DNA of 64,000 nucleotides, from assembly GCF_006345805.1 (NCBI RefSeq), contig NC_043016.1, positions 25,854,001 through 25,918,000 on the forward strand, read 5' to 3'. The stretch comes from Octopus sinensis. Lineage: Eukaryota. The position numbers were made by a program, and so were the translations under genes. Below are positions 23,218 to 35,742 of this stretch, in pieces (position 1 is the first letter of the stretch; each line of letters begins with the position of its first letter). The notes under the pieces are model-generated. The model did not search any database and was not told the origin of the DNA. It saw nothing but the letters and a program-made list of their open reading frames with translations.

Positions 23218-24165
23218 GCACACACACACATGCATTCATGCATGTATGCATGTATGTATGCATGTATGTATGCATGTATGTATGCATGTATGTATGCATG
23301 TATATCCTCATTCAGTTTTATTTCAAGATTTCTTAGTAATAGAAAAAGAACCAGTTTCTAACCTAGATCCAAGATTCCCTCATTGAAATCTCAACAACAT
23401 CACCAGGGTATGTATGTATGCATGTATGTATGTGTGTATGTATGTATGTATGTATGTATGTATGTATGTATGAATGTATGTATGTATGCATGCATGCATG
23501 TATGCATGTATGTATGTATGTATGTATGTATGTATGTATGCATGCATGCATGTATGTATGTATGTATGTATGTATGAATGTATGTATGTATGCATGCATG
23601 CATGTATGCATGTATGTATGTATGTATGTATGTATGTATGTATGTATGTATGTATGTATGTGTGTGTGTATGTATGTATGTATGTATGTATGTATGTATG
23701 AATGTATGTATGTATGTATGTATGTATGTATGTATGTATGAATGTATGTATGTATGTATGTATGTATGTATGCATACATGTATGTATGCATGTATGTATG
23801 TATGTATGTATGTATGTATGTGTGTATGTATGTATGCATGCATGCATGTATGTATGCATGTATGTATGTATGCATGCATGTATGTATGTGTGTATGTATG
23901 TATGTATGCATGCATGTATGTATGTGTGTATGTATGTATGTATGTATGTATGTATGTATGTATGTGTGTATGTATGTATGTATGTATGTATGTATGTATG
24001 CATGCATGCATGTATGTATGCATGTATGTATGTATGCATGCATGCATGCATACATGTATGTATGCATGTATGTATGTATGTATGCATGCATACATGTATG
24101 TATGCATGTATGTATGTATGTATGTATGTATGTATGTATTTATGAATGCATGTATGTATGTATAC
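23218..24165. repeat. (ATGT/ATGC)n compound tetranucleotide array with an ~85-bp unique insert at ~23325-23408
   Basis: Seen directly; source of all MYVC/HTYI ORFs. Confidence 0.95.
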
Positions 24166-24310
24166 AAAGGTTTCCACACAGTTTCGCTTATAAGGCTCTG
24201 GCTGGCCTGAGGCTAAAGTAGAAGGTACTTGGCCCAAGGAACCACATAGTGAAACTAAAACCCAAACCACATGGTTGAAAAGTAAACTTCTTAACCACAA
24301 AGCCATATCT
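24165..24310 (-). mobile_element. SINE family A head, diverged
   Basis: Reverse complement of ggctttgtggttaagaag...catgtggtttgggttttagtttcactatgtggttccttgggccaag. Confidence 0.65.
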
Positions 24311-24764
24311 GTAGGCTTTTTGTCTTTTTTTTTTTTTTTTTTTCTACTTGTGGCACTCAATGGTCATATAACTGAAAAAAGACAGAAATTTATTCAAATT
24401 TCAAAAACAATAAACAAAGTTAGTAAATAAAAGAATAGAGCTACAAAAAAAAAAAACAAAAAAAACAGTTAAACACTTCAATAAAAATACTTTTTGTGTT
24501 AATTCAAATAACATTGAAAAAGGATTAAAATAAATGGTGGTGACGACGGTGGTGGGATGAAATGAATGTATATCTGACATCTTAATAGATAGGCAAACCA
24601 AAGGGGAATTATGGCAGACATTGGTACCCTGCACGTGGCCCTTTATGATTTCTTCTGTGGCACATGCAACATCATGGTTATATAAACATAACATTTTACT
24701 AAAGTTTCCTGATATAATCTTTAGGAGTCTGACACTTATGATTTAAATCATCTCAATACTCTTT

Positions 24765-25069
24765 CTCTCCCTCTTTCTCTCTCTCTCTCTCTCTCCCTCA
24801 CTCTTTCTTTCTTTCTTTCTTTTCTCTTCTGTCTCTCTCCCTCTTTCTTTCTCTCTTTCTCCTTCCCCCTCTCTTCCTCTATCTCTCTCCCTTTCTCTCC
24901 CTGTCTCTCTTTCTTCTCTTTCCCCTTTTTTTCTCTGCCTCTCTATCCCACTCTCACCTCCCCTCTTTGCCTTTCTATCACTTTCTTTCTCTGTTCCCTA
25001 TCTTCTGTCTGTCTGTCTGTCTGTCTCTGTCTCTCTCTCTCTCTGTCTCTCTCTCTCTCTGTCTGTCTC

Positions 25070-25135
<66 letters not shown>
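24765..25135. repeat. CT-rich low-complexity and (CTGT)/(CT)/(CA) microsatellites
   Basis: Seen directly. Confidence 0.9.
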
Positions 25136-25136
<1 letters not shown>

Positions 25137-26297
25137 GGCTTTGGTCAGCCCAAAGCTATAGTAGAAGACACTCACCCAAGGTGCTCTAATGGGGTACTAC
25201 ACCCAAAACCACAAAGGCTGCAAAGCGACCACTTTGGCTAATGTCTTTGGATTAAGAAACAAACTTCTTAAACACAGCTATTATCCACTTCATCATTGTT
25301 ATTTAACATTTGCATTCTGCATGAGCAGGGACTAGATGGTTGAGCATAATCTGACTAGCTTTATGTTCAGTGTTGGTCTCTAATGCCTGCTTTGACAAGG
25401 TTTCTACAGCTGAATCATCATCGGCATCATCGTTGTCATTATTTGATGTCTGCTTTCCATGTTGGATGGTTTGACATGAGTTGGCAAGGCAGAAGACTTA
25501 CATCATACTTCTGTTCATTGTTTTGACATGCCCTTCCTAATGTCAATCACTTCACAGAGTGTACTTGATGAGTTTTTTGTTTTTTTTCTGTGGCACCAGC
25601 ACTAGTGAGTTCACCAGGTAACTTGCAAAAGAAAACCCCCTTCACAGTGTTGGGAGAATGTGGTATGGTGGGAAGTGGCTCTATGCTAGGTGTAAAAAAG
25701 CTTAAACGGAAAAGTGGGACAGAGCAAGTGTCTCGCTGTAGAGATGACTCATAGGTGACCCAGAATGGAAATGATTGTGGTATCAGGGCAAACCCCCAAG
25801 GTACAAAAAAGTGGATAAAGGGAGAATAGGAAAGTGGGGGCTGAGAACCAAAACTGGATGGGTGGATAGGTATGGGGTGAAGTGAAGTGTGAGAAAGACA
25901 GAAGGTGCACGGTGACAGAGGAGAGGTCTACATAGGGGTGGATATAATAAATTACAAAAAAAAAGGCATGAATGGCAAAGCTACTCCTCATTTCCTTGGC
26001 CCCACACTAACAATTATTCCCAATCATTCCACCAAAAAACATCCACGTACTAGAATAACCTCCTCCTCTCCCCCTCCACTTCTATCATGCATTCCCTGCA
26101 GATATTGTTCTGCAACAGTTTAGCTGACCATTAAGGACATCATTGGCTCCAAACTCAGAAAGTAGATTTCCACTCACACTCACACACAAATACATTCACC
26201 TTTCTTCGTATATGCATAATGTGCATATATATGCATATAAGTATACATCTGTATACACACACACACATATATCTGTCTATATATATATATATATATA

Positions 26298-26470
26298 TGC
26301 ATGGCTGTGTGGTTAGGGAGCTTGCTTCCTAGCTACATGGTTTCGGGTTCAGTCCCACTGCATGGCACTTTGGGTAGGTGTCTTCCACTATAGCCCCGAG
26401 CCGACCGGAGCTTTGTGATTGAATTCGGTAGGTGGAAGTTACTGCCGTGTGTGTATATGTGCGTGTAGGT
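26298..26470 (+). mobile_element. SINE family A, head half
   Basis: gcatggctgtgtggttagg...gggttcagtcccactgcatggcactttgggtagg. Confidence 0.8.
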
Positions 26471-26540
26471 GCTTGTGCCTCTCTGAAAGAGAGAGAGGGA
26501 TATATAGATATAGATATGGATATATACATATATATATATA

Positions 26541-27243
26541 TTAGTAGAGATATCTGGCATTGCCCGGGATTGAAGTGGCATAGTATTTTTATTGTTTTAC
26601 TTGTTTAGGTCATGTTTAATGTTTAATGTTTAAATTTACCGTAAATGGTCCTTTTACATACTGAACACTGATTGGTAAAATTATTAATTACTAATTAATT
26701 AATTTTACCCTTATTATTATTGACAATATAATTCTCTCCCTGATAATAAACTACAGATTCTTCTGTAGGAATTTGTTGCTCTATAACTCACGTGGGTGGA
26801 CAGGGGAAGATGCAGAGCCTCATTCGTATGTTTTGAATTCGCTAGTACTGGATATCGATGGTGGTTCGTCTGAGGTTACTCAAATCAGATGGGTATGTTC
26901 GATTTTTAGTGCTCTCAAATTTAGATTTAATGAAACCTTGTGCTGATGACGGGAATGTTGGAATAGGGATGTATTTCTAGCATTTCTATATCTAACTAAC
27001 CCAGAAACGCGTTCACAAGTAATCTAATTTTGAGTGAACTTTCGTTATTTTTCCCTTTATGCCTACGTGAATTGTTTTTGAGTATACATTGTCTGGGAGA
27101 CTCTTCTTATAGTAGAGGAAATAGCTAAATTCTTTGGCTGTTATTTCTAAAAGTTTGGTGTGTGGTAAAGCAACCTTTTTTGCTGAACCCTAATTATATA
27201 AAGTAATGTTTAAATATATATATGTATATATATATATATATGC

Positions 27244-27274
<31 letters not shown>

Positions 27275-27699
27275 TGCATATATATATATAGACAACTATA
27301 TATATACACATGTATATATATATATATATATAGGTGAGAAAGTTGGTGTGTGAAAGCACGTGGTTGAATATATAGAAAATAGTAAAAAGTGAAAAAACTA
27401 CAGAAGGCTTGTTTTAAAAGGTTAAAAAATATATATTTGAGTCAATATGTCTGAAGAGTGTTATAATTTTTTTTCATACAATGACATAGTTTAGAAGAAA
27501 CGACCGGTTTCCTTGGTTTTGTGTTTATGTTTTCGTTTCTCATTGTGATTGACGTTTTTTTGGTGTCCTGTACCCATACATGCATGTATATATACATGTA
27601 GAGGTAGGTACATACATATATGTATGTATATATGCATATGTTTTATTTATTTATTAATTTATTATGTGACGGAACGCACGCATCCATTTCTAAGTAAGA
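26541..27699 (-). mobile_element. Non-autonomous Helitron-type element with both ends
   Basis: Minus strand A|TC at 27699 to CTAA|T at 26541 (CTRR), with the subterminal hairpin tctggcattgcccggga at 26553-26569. The 5' 200 bp match 878-1085. Confidence 0.75.
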
Positions 27700-27792
27700 T
27701 TGTTTTTATATTTATATATACATATATATATGTATGTATGTATATATGTGTGTGTACATAACATATACATACATACATTATACACACACACA

Positions 27793-27840
<48 letters not shown>

Positions 27841-27853
27841 TATATTATATATA

Positions 27854-27899
<46 letters not shown>

Positions 27900-28097
27900 G
27901 GTGCAGGAGTGGCTGTGTGGTAAGTAGCCTGCTTACCAACCACATGGCTCTGGGTTCAGTCCCACTGCGTGGGATCTTGGGCAAGTGTCTTCTACTATAG
28001 CCTTGGGCTGACCAAACCCTTGTGAGTGGATTTGGTAGACAGAAACTGAAAGAAGCCTGTCGTATATTGTATATATATATATATATATATATAAATT

Positions 28098-28156
<59 letters not shown>

Positions 28157-28378
28157 TATACATATATGTATGTGTATATGTTTGTGTGTCTGTGTTTGTT
28201 GCCCCATGATTGCTTGACAACCAATGCTGGTATGTTTACATCCCAGTCACTTAGCGGTTCGGCAAGAGAGTCTGATAGAATAAGTACTAGGCTTACAAGG
28301 AATAAGTCCTGGGGTTGATTTGTTCGACTAAAGGCGGTGCTCCAGCTTGGGTGCAGTCAAATGACTGAAACAAATAAA
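27900..28378 (+). mobile_element. SINE family A, full length with expanded (TA)n linker
   Basis: ggtgcaggagtggctgtgtgg head through gtcaaatgactgaaacaaataaaag tail. Confidence 0.92.
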
Positions 28379-28379
28379 A

Positions 28380-28419
<40 letters not shown>

Positions 28420-28538
28420 TATGCATATTCATTCATATATACATGGGCATGCCTACATACTGTTTTGCATATGCTGTCTGCCAGTTTATGTTTCCATATG
28501 TGTTTGCATGTGAGTGAGTGTGTGTATGTTTGTGTGTG

Positions 28539-28593
<55 letters not shown>

Positions 28594-28739
28594 GTGTGTG
28601 CGTGTGTGTGTGTATGTGTGTGTGAATGCGTGTGTCTATGAATGTGTGTGAATGTGATGTGCAGTACAAAGTGCCAATACACTCGGCAACCAGCTTGCTG
28701 TCTCTCCCACTAACAAGCAGTTCCCAAGCCTCCCACCCA

Positions 28740-28954
28740 TTAAAAAAAAAATGCAGCTATGACTCACCAATAGCCGCCTCCTCCTACCCCATCTCTTTCC
28801 CCTCTTCCTTCCCCTCCTCCTTCTCCTTCTCCTCCCCCTCCGCCTTTCATTTCACAGAGTTTAAGGAGATATTAAACCATTCTGTCAGCCAACTTACTTC
28901 AACTGACCAGGCAAGGAGTTAAGTTGGTCGAACTCCTTGACCTATCTCTCTCTT

Positions 28955-29007
<53 letters not shown>

Positions 29008-29095
29008 TTCTCTCTTGATTTCATTATGATTTCATCATGTCCAGTCTGTGCTGTGCTATTTGGATTAGTGTGAAAAGCTGTGGTGCGATGCTGTG
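28740..29095 (+). promoter_or_regulatory. Candidate promoter/5' UTR
   Basis: tgactca (28760-28766) and ccaat (28767-28771), pyrimidine tracts and (CT)n upstream of an ATG-open exon candidate. These motifs are short and could be chance. Confidence 0.25.
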
Positions 29096-29182
29096 ATGTT
29101 CATGCTGTGTCCTGTGTTAGATACCCATTACCTGAAGTCCCCAGCTGGCTTACTTATTAACCCTGGCAAGTTTATAGAGCAG
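29096..29182 (+). CDS. Candidate first coding exon (MFMLCPVLDTHYLKSPAGLLINPGKFIEQ), unknown product
   Basis: ATG preceded by an in-frame upstream TAG, 29 open codons, then a strong donor CAG|gtatgt in phase 0. No homology recognised. Confidence 0.3.
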
Positions 29183-29739
29183 GTATGTTGTGCTGGGTAC
29201 AGTCAGCCCTGGGATGGAGCAGTGTAGTGTAGATTGGTGGTGGTGATGATGGTGGTGGTGGCAGTGGTGGTTAAAGTTGTGATGCAAATGGTGTTGATAG
29301 TAAGAGTTGTAGTGCTAGGAGCAGTGGCAGTGGTGGGAGTAGTTGTGAGGGCAGCACTGGCATTGATGTGTGGTGGCGGCAGTGGTATTAGTGACAGGGG
29401 CTGTGATAGCTGTGGCATTGGCAGAACCAGTGGCAATAGTAGTGGTGGTGGTGGTGGAGATAGTCATAGTGATATTGACAATGCTGCTGGCAAAAATTGT
29501 GCAGCTCTGTGTGAAACCTCCCCACTGCTGGCCTATAATCAAAGATATTCCAACAGTGACCATTTCATGTTTTTTTGTTGTTTTTTTTTTAAGTATAATG
29601 TGTCTCTGATCACATTAGTCAATGTGTCCTTTAGTTCTTAAAACAGTATTTAAAAGGGTAAATGGTTGCTATTTCTAGGAAGTTGAGTAACTGCATAGAA
29701 ACTCATTTGTTACTCATGCGGTATACAGTCTACCACAGG

Positions 29740-29975
29740 TAACAATACCAGATGATCTGGTGGTACCTAGGTGGACTGTGGTAATGTAGAATAGTGTTGA
29801 GAAACACAACAGGGAGGATGAGAGATAAATCTCCACCAGGATAGGACACCAGTATATCATAAGTAACATTACCAGATGATCTGGTGGTACCTAGGTGGAC
29901 TGTGGTAATGTCTATAGAATATGGTGTTGAGTACAGAAAAGCAACAGAGAGGCTGAGAGATAAATTTCGACCAGG
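29740..29975 (+). repeat. Tandem duplication with ~120-bp period
   Basis: gtaaca(a/t)taccagatgatctggtggtacctaggtggactgtggtaatgt at ~29741 and ~29863; more diverged downstream. Confidence 0.85.
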
Positions 29976-30419
29976 AGGTAGTTAAAAATCATAGATAGAC
30001 AAGAAATAGGGAGATTATGTGAAGTGTGGGATTCACAGTAGCAGAGACAGCCAGCAGATATAAGCAGGGATGGATTTAATGAATGATAAGGTGGTGGTAG
30101 TTGGGTTGTCAATTGGGAAAAATGAATTCAAGGGAAAATAAAGTGGTAAGGGATGAGTAACAAGGGAAGTGATTCCAAGAAAAGTGGTTCCTAGGACAGG
30201 GATAAATGGTAGTACAAAAGTGGGCATAAATATGAGCATTTTCTGCTCCTTTATAGTTACAGCATCTGAGCAAATAGTGCTGTAGTTAGAAGAATGATGG
30301 AAGGATGGATGTTGGGAAGTGTGGATGGTTTGACTTGAACAGATTGGGGTATGAGGGTATAAACATAAATTATATGCCTTTAGGACTTCATTGTTTTACT
30401 GAGTGGACGGGTCTCCTTG

Positions 30420-30670
30420 AGTACAACAAATTGCGAATAATCTTGATCCTTTGTCATCTTCTGATGAGACTCTACAGTTTCAAATCAACTTTGATTACTT
30501 CATACCATGTCTCCCTGGGACTTGCTCTGGGATGTGCACAGGTTCTGTCCACATTTAGTGATCAACACTCCTCTATGCAGCTGTCCTCATCCATGCACAT
30601 CACACGACCATATCGACAGTTTTCTTTCTTCCATACTAAATCTGATACTTATTATGTCCAGTTAATTCCT
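30420..30670 (+). mobile_element. Degenerate CR1-group 3' fragment
   Basis: ctgtcctcatccatgcacatcacacg (LSSSMHxT) region resembles the CR1 ORF2 C-terminus. Confidence 0.4.
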
Positions 30671-30691
30671 GCCTATACCTTTTCTTCATAT

Positions 30692-31012
30692 GAAGCCACG
30701 TGGTTTAGTGGTTAGGGCATTCAGCTCACGGTTGTAAGGTCGGGAGTTCAATTTCCGGCAACGTGTTGTGTCCTCAAGCAAGACACTTTATTTCACATTG
30801 TTCCAGTCCACTCAGCTAGCAAAAATGAGTTGTACCTGTATTTCAAAGGGCCAGCCTTGTCACACTCTGTGTCATGTTGAATCTCCCTGAGAACTATGTT
30901 AGGGGTACGCATGTCTGTGGATTGTTCAGTCACTTGCATGTTAACTTCACGAGCTGGCTGTTCCATTGATCGTATTAGCTGGGACCCTCGTCGTTGTAAC
31001 TGACAGAGTACT
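30692..31012 (+). mobile_element. CORE-type SINE (family C, tail type 1), full length, 20-bp TSD
   Basis: tRNA-like head, caagcaagacactttatttcacattgttccagtccactcagctagcaaaaatgagt domain; cctataccttttcttcatat at 30672-30691 and 31013-31032. Confidence 0.92.
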
Positions 31013-31034
31013 CCTATACCTTTTCTTCATATCG

Positions 31035-31345
31035 GAGTCCCAGGGAGAAGCACCCCTGCCTTACTAAGCTAGTTTTCCACTACATTTCCTAAAAATCGTG
31101 GTAGAGGCCTTGGTCTCGGGACCACTCATGTCTAGAAACTGAGGTTGGGGGTAAGCAAGGGCATGCTCCCCGTAGAAAATCCAGCTCCAAAAAAGCCTCA
31201 TGATAGCAAAAGAGAATGGGCACCAGCCAGCCAGCCAGCCCAAATGTTGGGGTGCACTGCACCTGCCTAACTTGGTTGCTATGGCATTGAGGTAGATCCG
31301 ACCAAAACCTGGATTTAAAACATTGGATGATGATGATGATGATGA
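31035..31345 (+). mobile_element. RTE/RTEX-type 3' tail ending in (GAT)n
   Basis: ggggtaagcaagggcatgctccccgtagaaaa resembles the ggttggcgttaggaagggcatccagctgtagaaa tail motif; ends in gatgatgat. Confidence 0.55.
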
Positions 31346-31461
31346 AGTAGGGCCTGTTTACCTGATCAGAGTAGCATCCTGTCTGTTTTCGGGTACTAAA
31401 TCTTTGCTAAATTAAATTTAAGGCCCTTTGATTCTGTCTTGCTTTCACACCTGAAATTTCT

Positions 31462-31513
<52 letters not shown>

Positions 31514-31559
31514 ACACACACATATGAGCACACACACACACACATTATAAATATTTATT

Positions 31560-31758
31560 TTATTTATTTTTCTTTTACTTGTTTCAGTCATTTGACTGCA
31601 GTTATGTTGAAGCACCACCTTTAGTTGAACAAATCGACCCCAATCTCTTTTGCCAAACTGCTAAGTTATGGAGACATAAACACACCAACATCGGTTGTCA
31701 AGCAATAGTGGTGGGGACAAACACAGACACAAGGACACACATAAACACACACACACAC

Positions 31759-31801
<43 letters not shown>

Positions 31802-31960
31802 GACGGGTTTCTTTCAGTTTCGGTCTAACAAATCAACTCACAAGGCTTTGGTTAGCTCAAAGTTATAGTAGAAGACATTTTCCAAAGGTGCCATGCAGTG
31901 GGACTGAACCTGGAACTATGTGGTTGGGAAGCAAGCTTCTTACCATACAGCTGCGCCTGT
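31560..31960 (-). mobile_element. SINE family A, near full length
   Basis: Reverse complement of both head and tail, with a (CA)n linker. Confidence 0.88.
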
Positions 31961-32303
31961 GCCTATTATAAATATAAAGATAAATGTGTGTGTGTGTGAG
32001 ACAAAGAGCGAGTGAGAGTGCTGTGCTCTGTGTGTGCACACACGTGTAATATTTGTTAAATCTGGGGGTGCACCATTTAAAGGTGGCTGGTTTTAATAAC
32101 ACCAGAGGTTTTACAATGACATACACCCCTCTTGATTTTTTGTTTTTTGCATAATCCCTGTTTCAGAATTAATGTTCTGCATGGTTGTTTAACCTGCTAG
32201 ACATAGCAGCCGAATACATTTTAACAATTTAAAAAAGACATATTGGACAATCTTATCTCACAGCAACATGGTATGACCATACAAAAATAAAAGATGACCA
32301 GTA

Positions 32304-32937
32304 GCACAGGAGTGGCTGTGTGGTAAGTAGCTTGCTTACCAATCACATGGTCCGGGGTTCAGTCCTACTGCGTGGCACCTTGGGCAAGTGTCTGCTACTA
32401 TAGCCTCGGTCCGACCAAAGCCTTGTGAGTGGATTTGGTAGGCTGAAACTGGAAGAAGCCCATCATATATAAATATATATATATATAATGCACCAATCCG
32501 ACCGTGGCCGATGCCAGCCTCGCCTGGCACCAGTGCAGGTGGCACGTAAAAAGCACCCACTACACTCACGGAGTGGTTGGCGTTAGGAAGGGCATCCAGC
32601 TGTAGAAAATTTGTCAGATAAGACCGGAGCCTGGTGCAGCCTTCTGGCTTCCCAGACCCCAGTTGAACTGTCCAACCCATGTTAGCATGGAGAGCGGACG
32701 TTAAACGATGATGATGATGATGATGATGATGATGTATGTGTGTCTGTATTTGTCCCCCCAACATCGCCTGACAACCAATGCTGGTGTGTTTACGTCCCCG
32801 TAACTTAGCAGCTCGGCAAAAGAGCCACTAGAATAAGTACTAGGTTTACAAAGAATAATCTCTGGGGGTTAATTTGCTCGACTAAAGGCGGTGCTCCAGC
32901 ATGGCCACAGTCAAAATGACTGAAACAAGTAAAAGAG
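32304..32937 (+). mobile_element. SINE family A with an RTE 3' UTR inserted in its linker
   Basis: Head 32304-32465, tail 32735-32937, insert between them. Confidence 0.9.
32488..32734 (+). mobile_element. RTE LINE 3' UTR fragment with (GAT)n tail
   Basis: Close match to 49140-49345, which follows RTE ORF2 coding sequence. Confidence 0.88.
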
Positions 32938-32999
32938 TTGGATACAGTGTGAATGCTTTAGCTTACAGGTCCACTTCATCAGGGTCAACCTAGCATTAA

Positions 33000-33714
33000 G
33001 CAACAACAACAACAATAACGATACAAACAATACCATCAACACAAACATCACTATGATTGCTATCACCACATATTTCAACAATTACCACCACAACCAACAC
33101 CACAGCCACCACCTCCACCATCACAGTTACATCACAACCTTAATCTTTATGACCATCACCACCAAAATCGCTATTATTACTGTCATTACATTGGTTAACA
33201 AGAAGTACTACTTCTATAGCAACTTCTACAACCACTACAAAATACAATAACCGCTGCAACTACAGTCACAACTACTATCACCTCCGCCGCAGCCACCACC
33301 ACAACCACCACCTCCACTGCTACAACCACCACCTCCACTGCTACAACCACCACCACCACCACCACCATTACTAATACAAATTTGACCACTGTCCACTATT
33401 CATCCACCACCACTATTGTCCCCTGCCACCATATCACCATCACAACCAGTATCATCACCATCATCACCATCATTACCATCACCACAATACAGCCAACACC
33501 TTCACCACCTCTACAACTATCACCAAAACCATCAACCACCACCAGTAACATCGCCCCCTCACCACCACCACCGCTATAAAATCCATGGCCATCATTACCA
33601 CCAATACTGCCACCCCCACAAGCACCACCACCACCACTACCACCACCACCACCACTATCACACCAACACCATTACCACCACAAGTACCACTACCACCACC
33701 ACTGCCAACAACAA

Positions 33715-33746
<32 letters not shown>

Positions 33747-34050
33747 CCATCACCCCTATCACCACCATCACTACCATCAGCCTTATCATCACCAATGCCA
33801 CTACCACTACCATCATCACAAGCACCACCACCACCACCACCACCACTAATGTTGCTGCCCTTACCACCAACTGCCAAAAACACCCCCCACCAACACCACA
33901 ATAATAGCAACAACAACAACAACAACCACAATCCCTTCCATTACCACCATCATCACCACCACCACCACCACCATCGCCATCATCACCATCATCACAACCA
34001 CCGGCAACACCACCACTGTCGCCACTACCACCATTACACTACCATCCAAT
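33000..34050. repeat. ~1-kb (CAC/CAT/CAA)-rich low-complexity tract
   Basis: Seen directly; source of the poly-T/H/P ORFs. Confidence 0.9.
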
Positions 34051-34292
34051 CACTACCTGTTTAGAGTATCTAGCAGAGGCTGACCTCACCCTTCCTGCCA
34101 ATCAAGAATCTTATCAAAATTTGCAACTTTGCCATATCGTCAGTCGGTGAAGCAGAAAGCATCTCATCTGGTGTACATCAGGGTTAAGGTATCAAAACAC
34201 GCTATCTCTAACTCATTCTATCAAGTCTTCTGATTCTTCCTATATCTAAATAATCTTTGGTGGCGAAATCATGTCTCCTCCTTCTCCCATCA

Positions 34293-34349
<57 letters not shown>

Positions 34350-34430
34350 TTACCTCTCGTTCCCTCCTAATTTCTTTTTCTCTTTCCATGTTTTTTTTTG
34401 TATTTTTTTTTATTTCTACCCGAATCTTAG

Positions 34431-34457
34431 CACCTGATTTCTCCAGCTAAAACAGAG
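34431..34457 (+). CDS. Candidate 27-nt microexon (HLISPAKTE)
   Basis: Long polypyrimidine tract, ctaat branch-like motif at ~34367, ttag| acceptor, gag|gtaaaa donor. Only phase 0 is stop-free. Confidence 0.35.
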
Positions 34458-35365
34458 GTAAAAATCTTCTGTTATTTATTCCAACAACCCAGGAATACAA
34501 GTTAGTGCAAATTCAAAAAGTGTGGCTTTTTTTTCTCTTTTTCTTTTCCTGTTTTTTTTTTCTATTTCATTTTTGCAACCAACTCAATCCAACCACAAAT
34601 ATGGAACATACACACACACACACACATTTATATATACACATACATATGTTTATATATATATATATATATTATATGTCTGCATATGTGTTTATGTATGTGT
34701 GTGTGTTTTCCATGGAGGGAGGAAGAGGAAGATTAGCAGCTGGGAATAAGTTCAATCTAAACTTTCAGTGGCAGCAGTGCTGTTGTTGTAGGTGTAGGTG
34801 GTGGTAGTGGTGGTGGTGGTGGTCGTCGTCGTCGTCGTCGTCGCCGTGGTGGTGGTGGTGGTGGTGGTGCTGCTGCTGCTACTGGTGGTGCTGGTGCTGG
34901 TATTACTGCTGCTGTTGTGTTGGTGAATTTTTGTTTCACTGAATTAATAAGTTTCAACAGAGAATGCTCTGAAGCAGAGAAATTAATACATACATATCTA
35001 TTATCTATTCTTTCAGAGTCTCTCTCTCTCTCTTACTCTCACTCTCTTACTCTCTCTCTCTTCCCATTTATCAATCTATCTGTCTATATACCTTTACATA
35101 CTGAAGGAGTGAGTGAGAGAGAGACAGAGAGACTAACAGATAGATAGACAGAGATAACATAGAAGACAAAGGTAAGTTCCTTCAGGATAGCCTCCTAAGA
35201 GCTATGCATCAAATTTGTGACTGATGCAAAGTTCCAGCCAGTGCTAGGGTGACATAGTGGTGGAACAGTGAAGTAGGCAGCCATAAGAGCAAAGAAACAA
35301 GCATTGAAGGACTTGAAGGATGGTGGTTCTACAGAACTATACTATGTAGCCAGAATGAGGCTAGG

Positions 35366-35742
35366 CATCATCATCATCATCATCGTTTAATGTCTGCTTT
35401 CAATGCTAGCATGGGTTGGACGATTTGACTGAGGACTGGCGAACCAGATGGCTGCACCAGGCTCCAATCTTGATCTGGCAGAGTTTCTGCAGCTGGATGC
35501 CCTTCCTAACACTAACCTTTCCGAGAGTGTAGTGCGTGCTCTTACATGCCACCGGCACAAAGGCCAGTCAGGCGGTACTGGCAAAGGCCATGCTCGAATG
35601 GTGTTTTTTACGTGCCACCTGCACAGGAGCTAGTCCAGCGGAACTGGCAACGACATCACTCAAATGTTGTTTCATGTGACAATAAGGTGACGCTGGTAAC
35701 AATCACGCTTGAATGGTGCTTTTTATGTGCCACAGGGGAAAA
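35366..35742 (-). mobile_element. RTE LINE 3' UTR fragment with three internal modules
   Basis: (CAT)n tail at left, ctggatgcccttcctaac, and repeated gtgct(c/t)tt..ac(a/g)tgccacc motifs. Confidence 0.85.

Noticed and set aside
23363-24360. Longest ORFs in the track (up to 326 aa, HTYI/MYVC repeats)
   Set aside because: A stop-free tetranucleotide array open in most frames; no sign of coding constraint.
26640-27210. Rep/helicase coding remnant inside the Helitron-type element
   Set aside because: The frames I translated on both strands showed no Rep or PIF1 helicase motifs.
30692-30770. tRNA gene calls for SINE heads (also 43003, 53211 and ~7095-7150 on the minus strand)
   Set aside because: A/B-box-like motifs are present, but they continue into SINE bodies and I could not fold a full cloverleaf.
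33416-34064. Mucin-like or His-rich ORFs
   Set aside because: Trinucleotide low-complexity DNA with overlapping ORFs on both strands and no convincing splice or start context.
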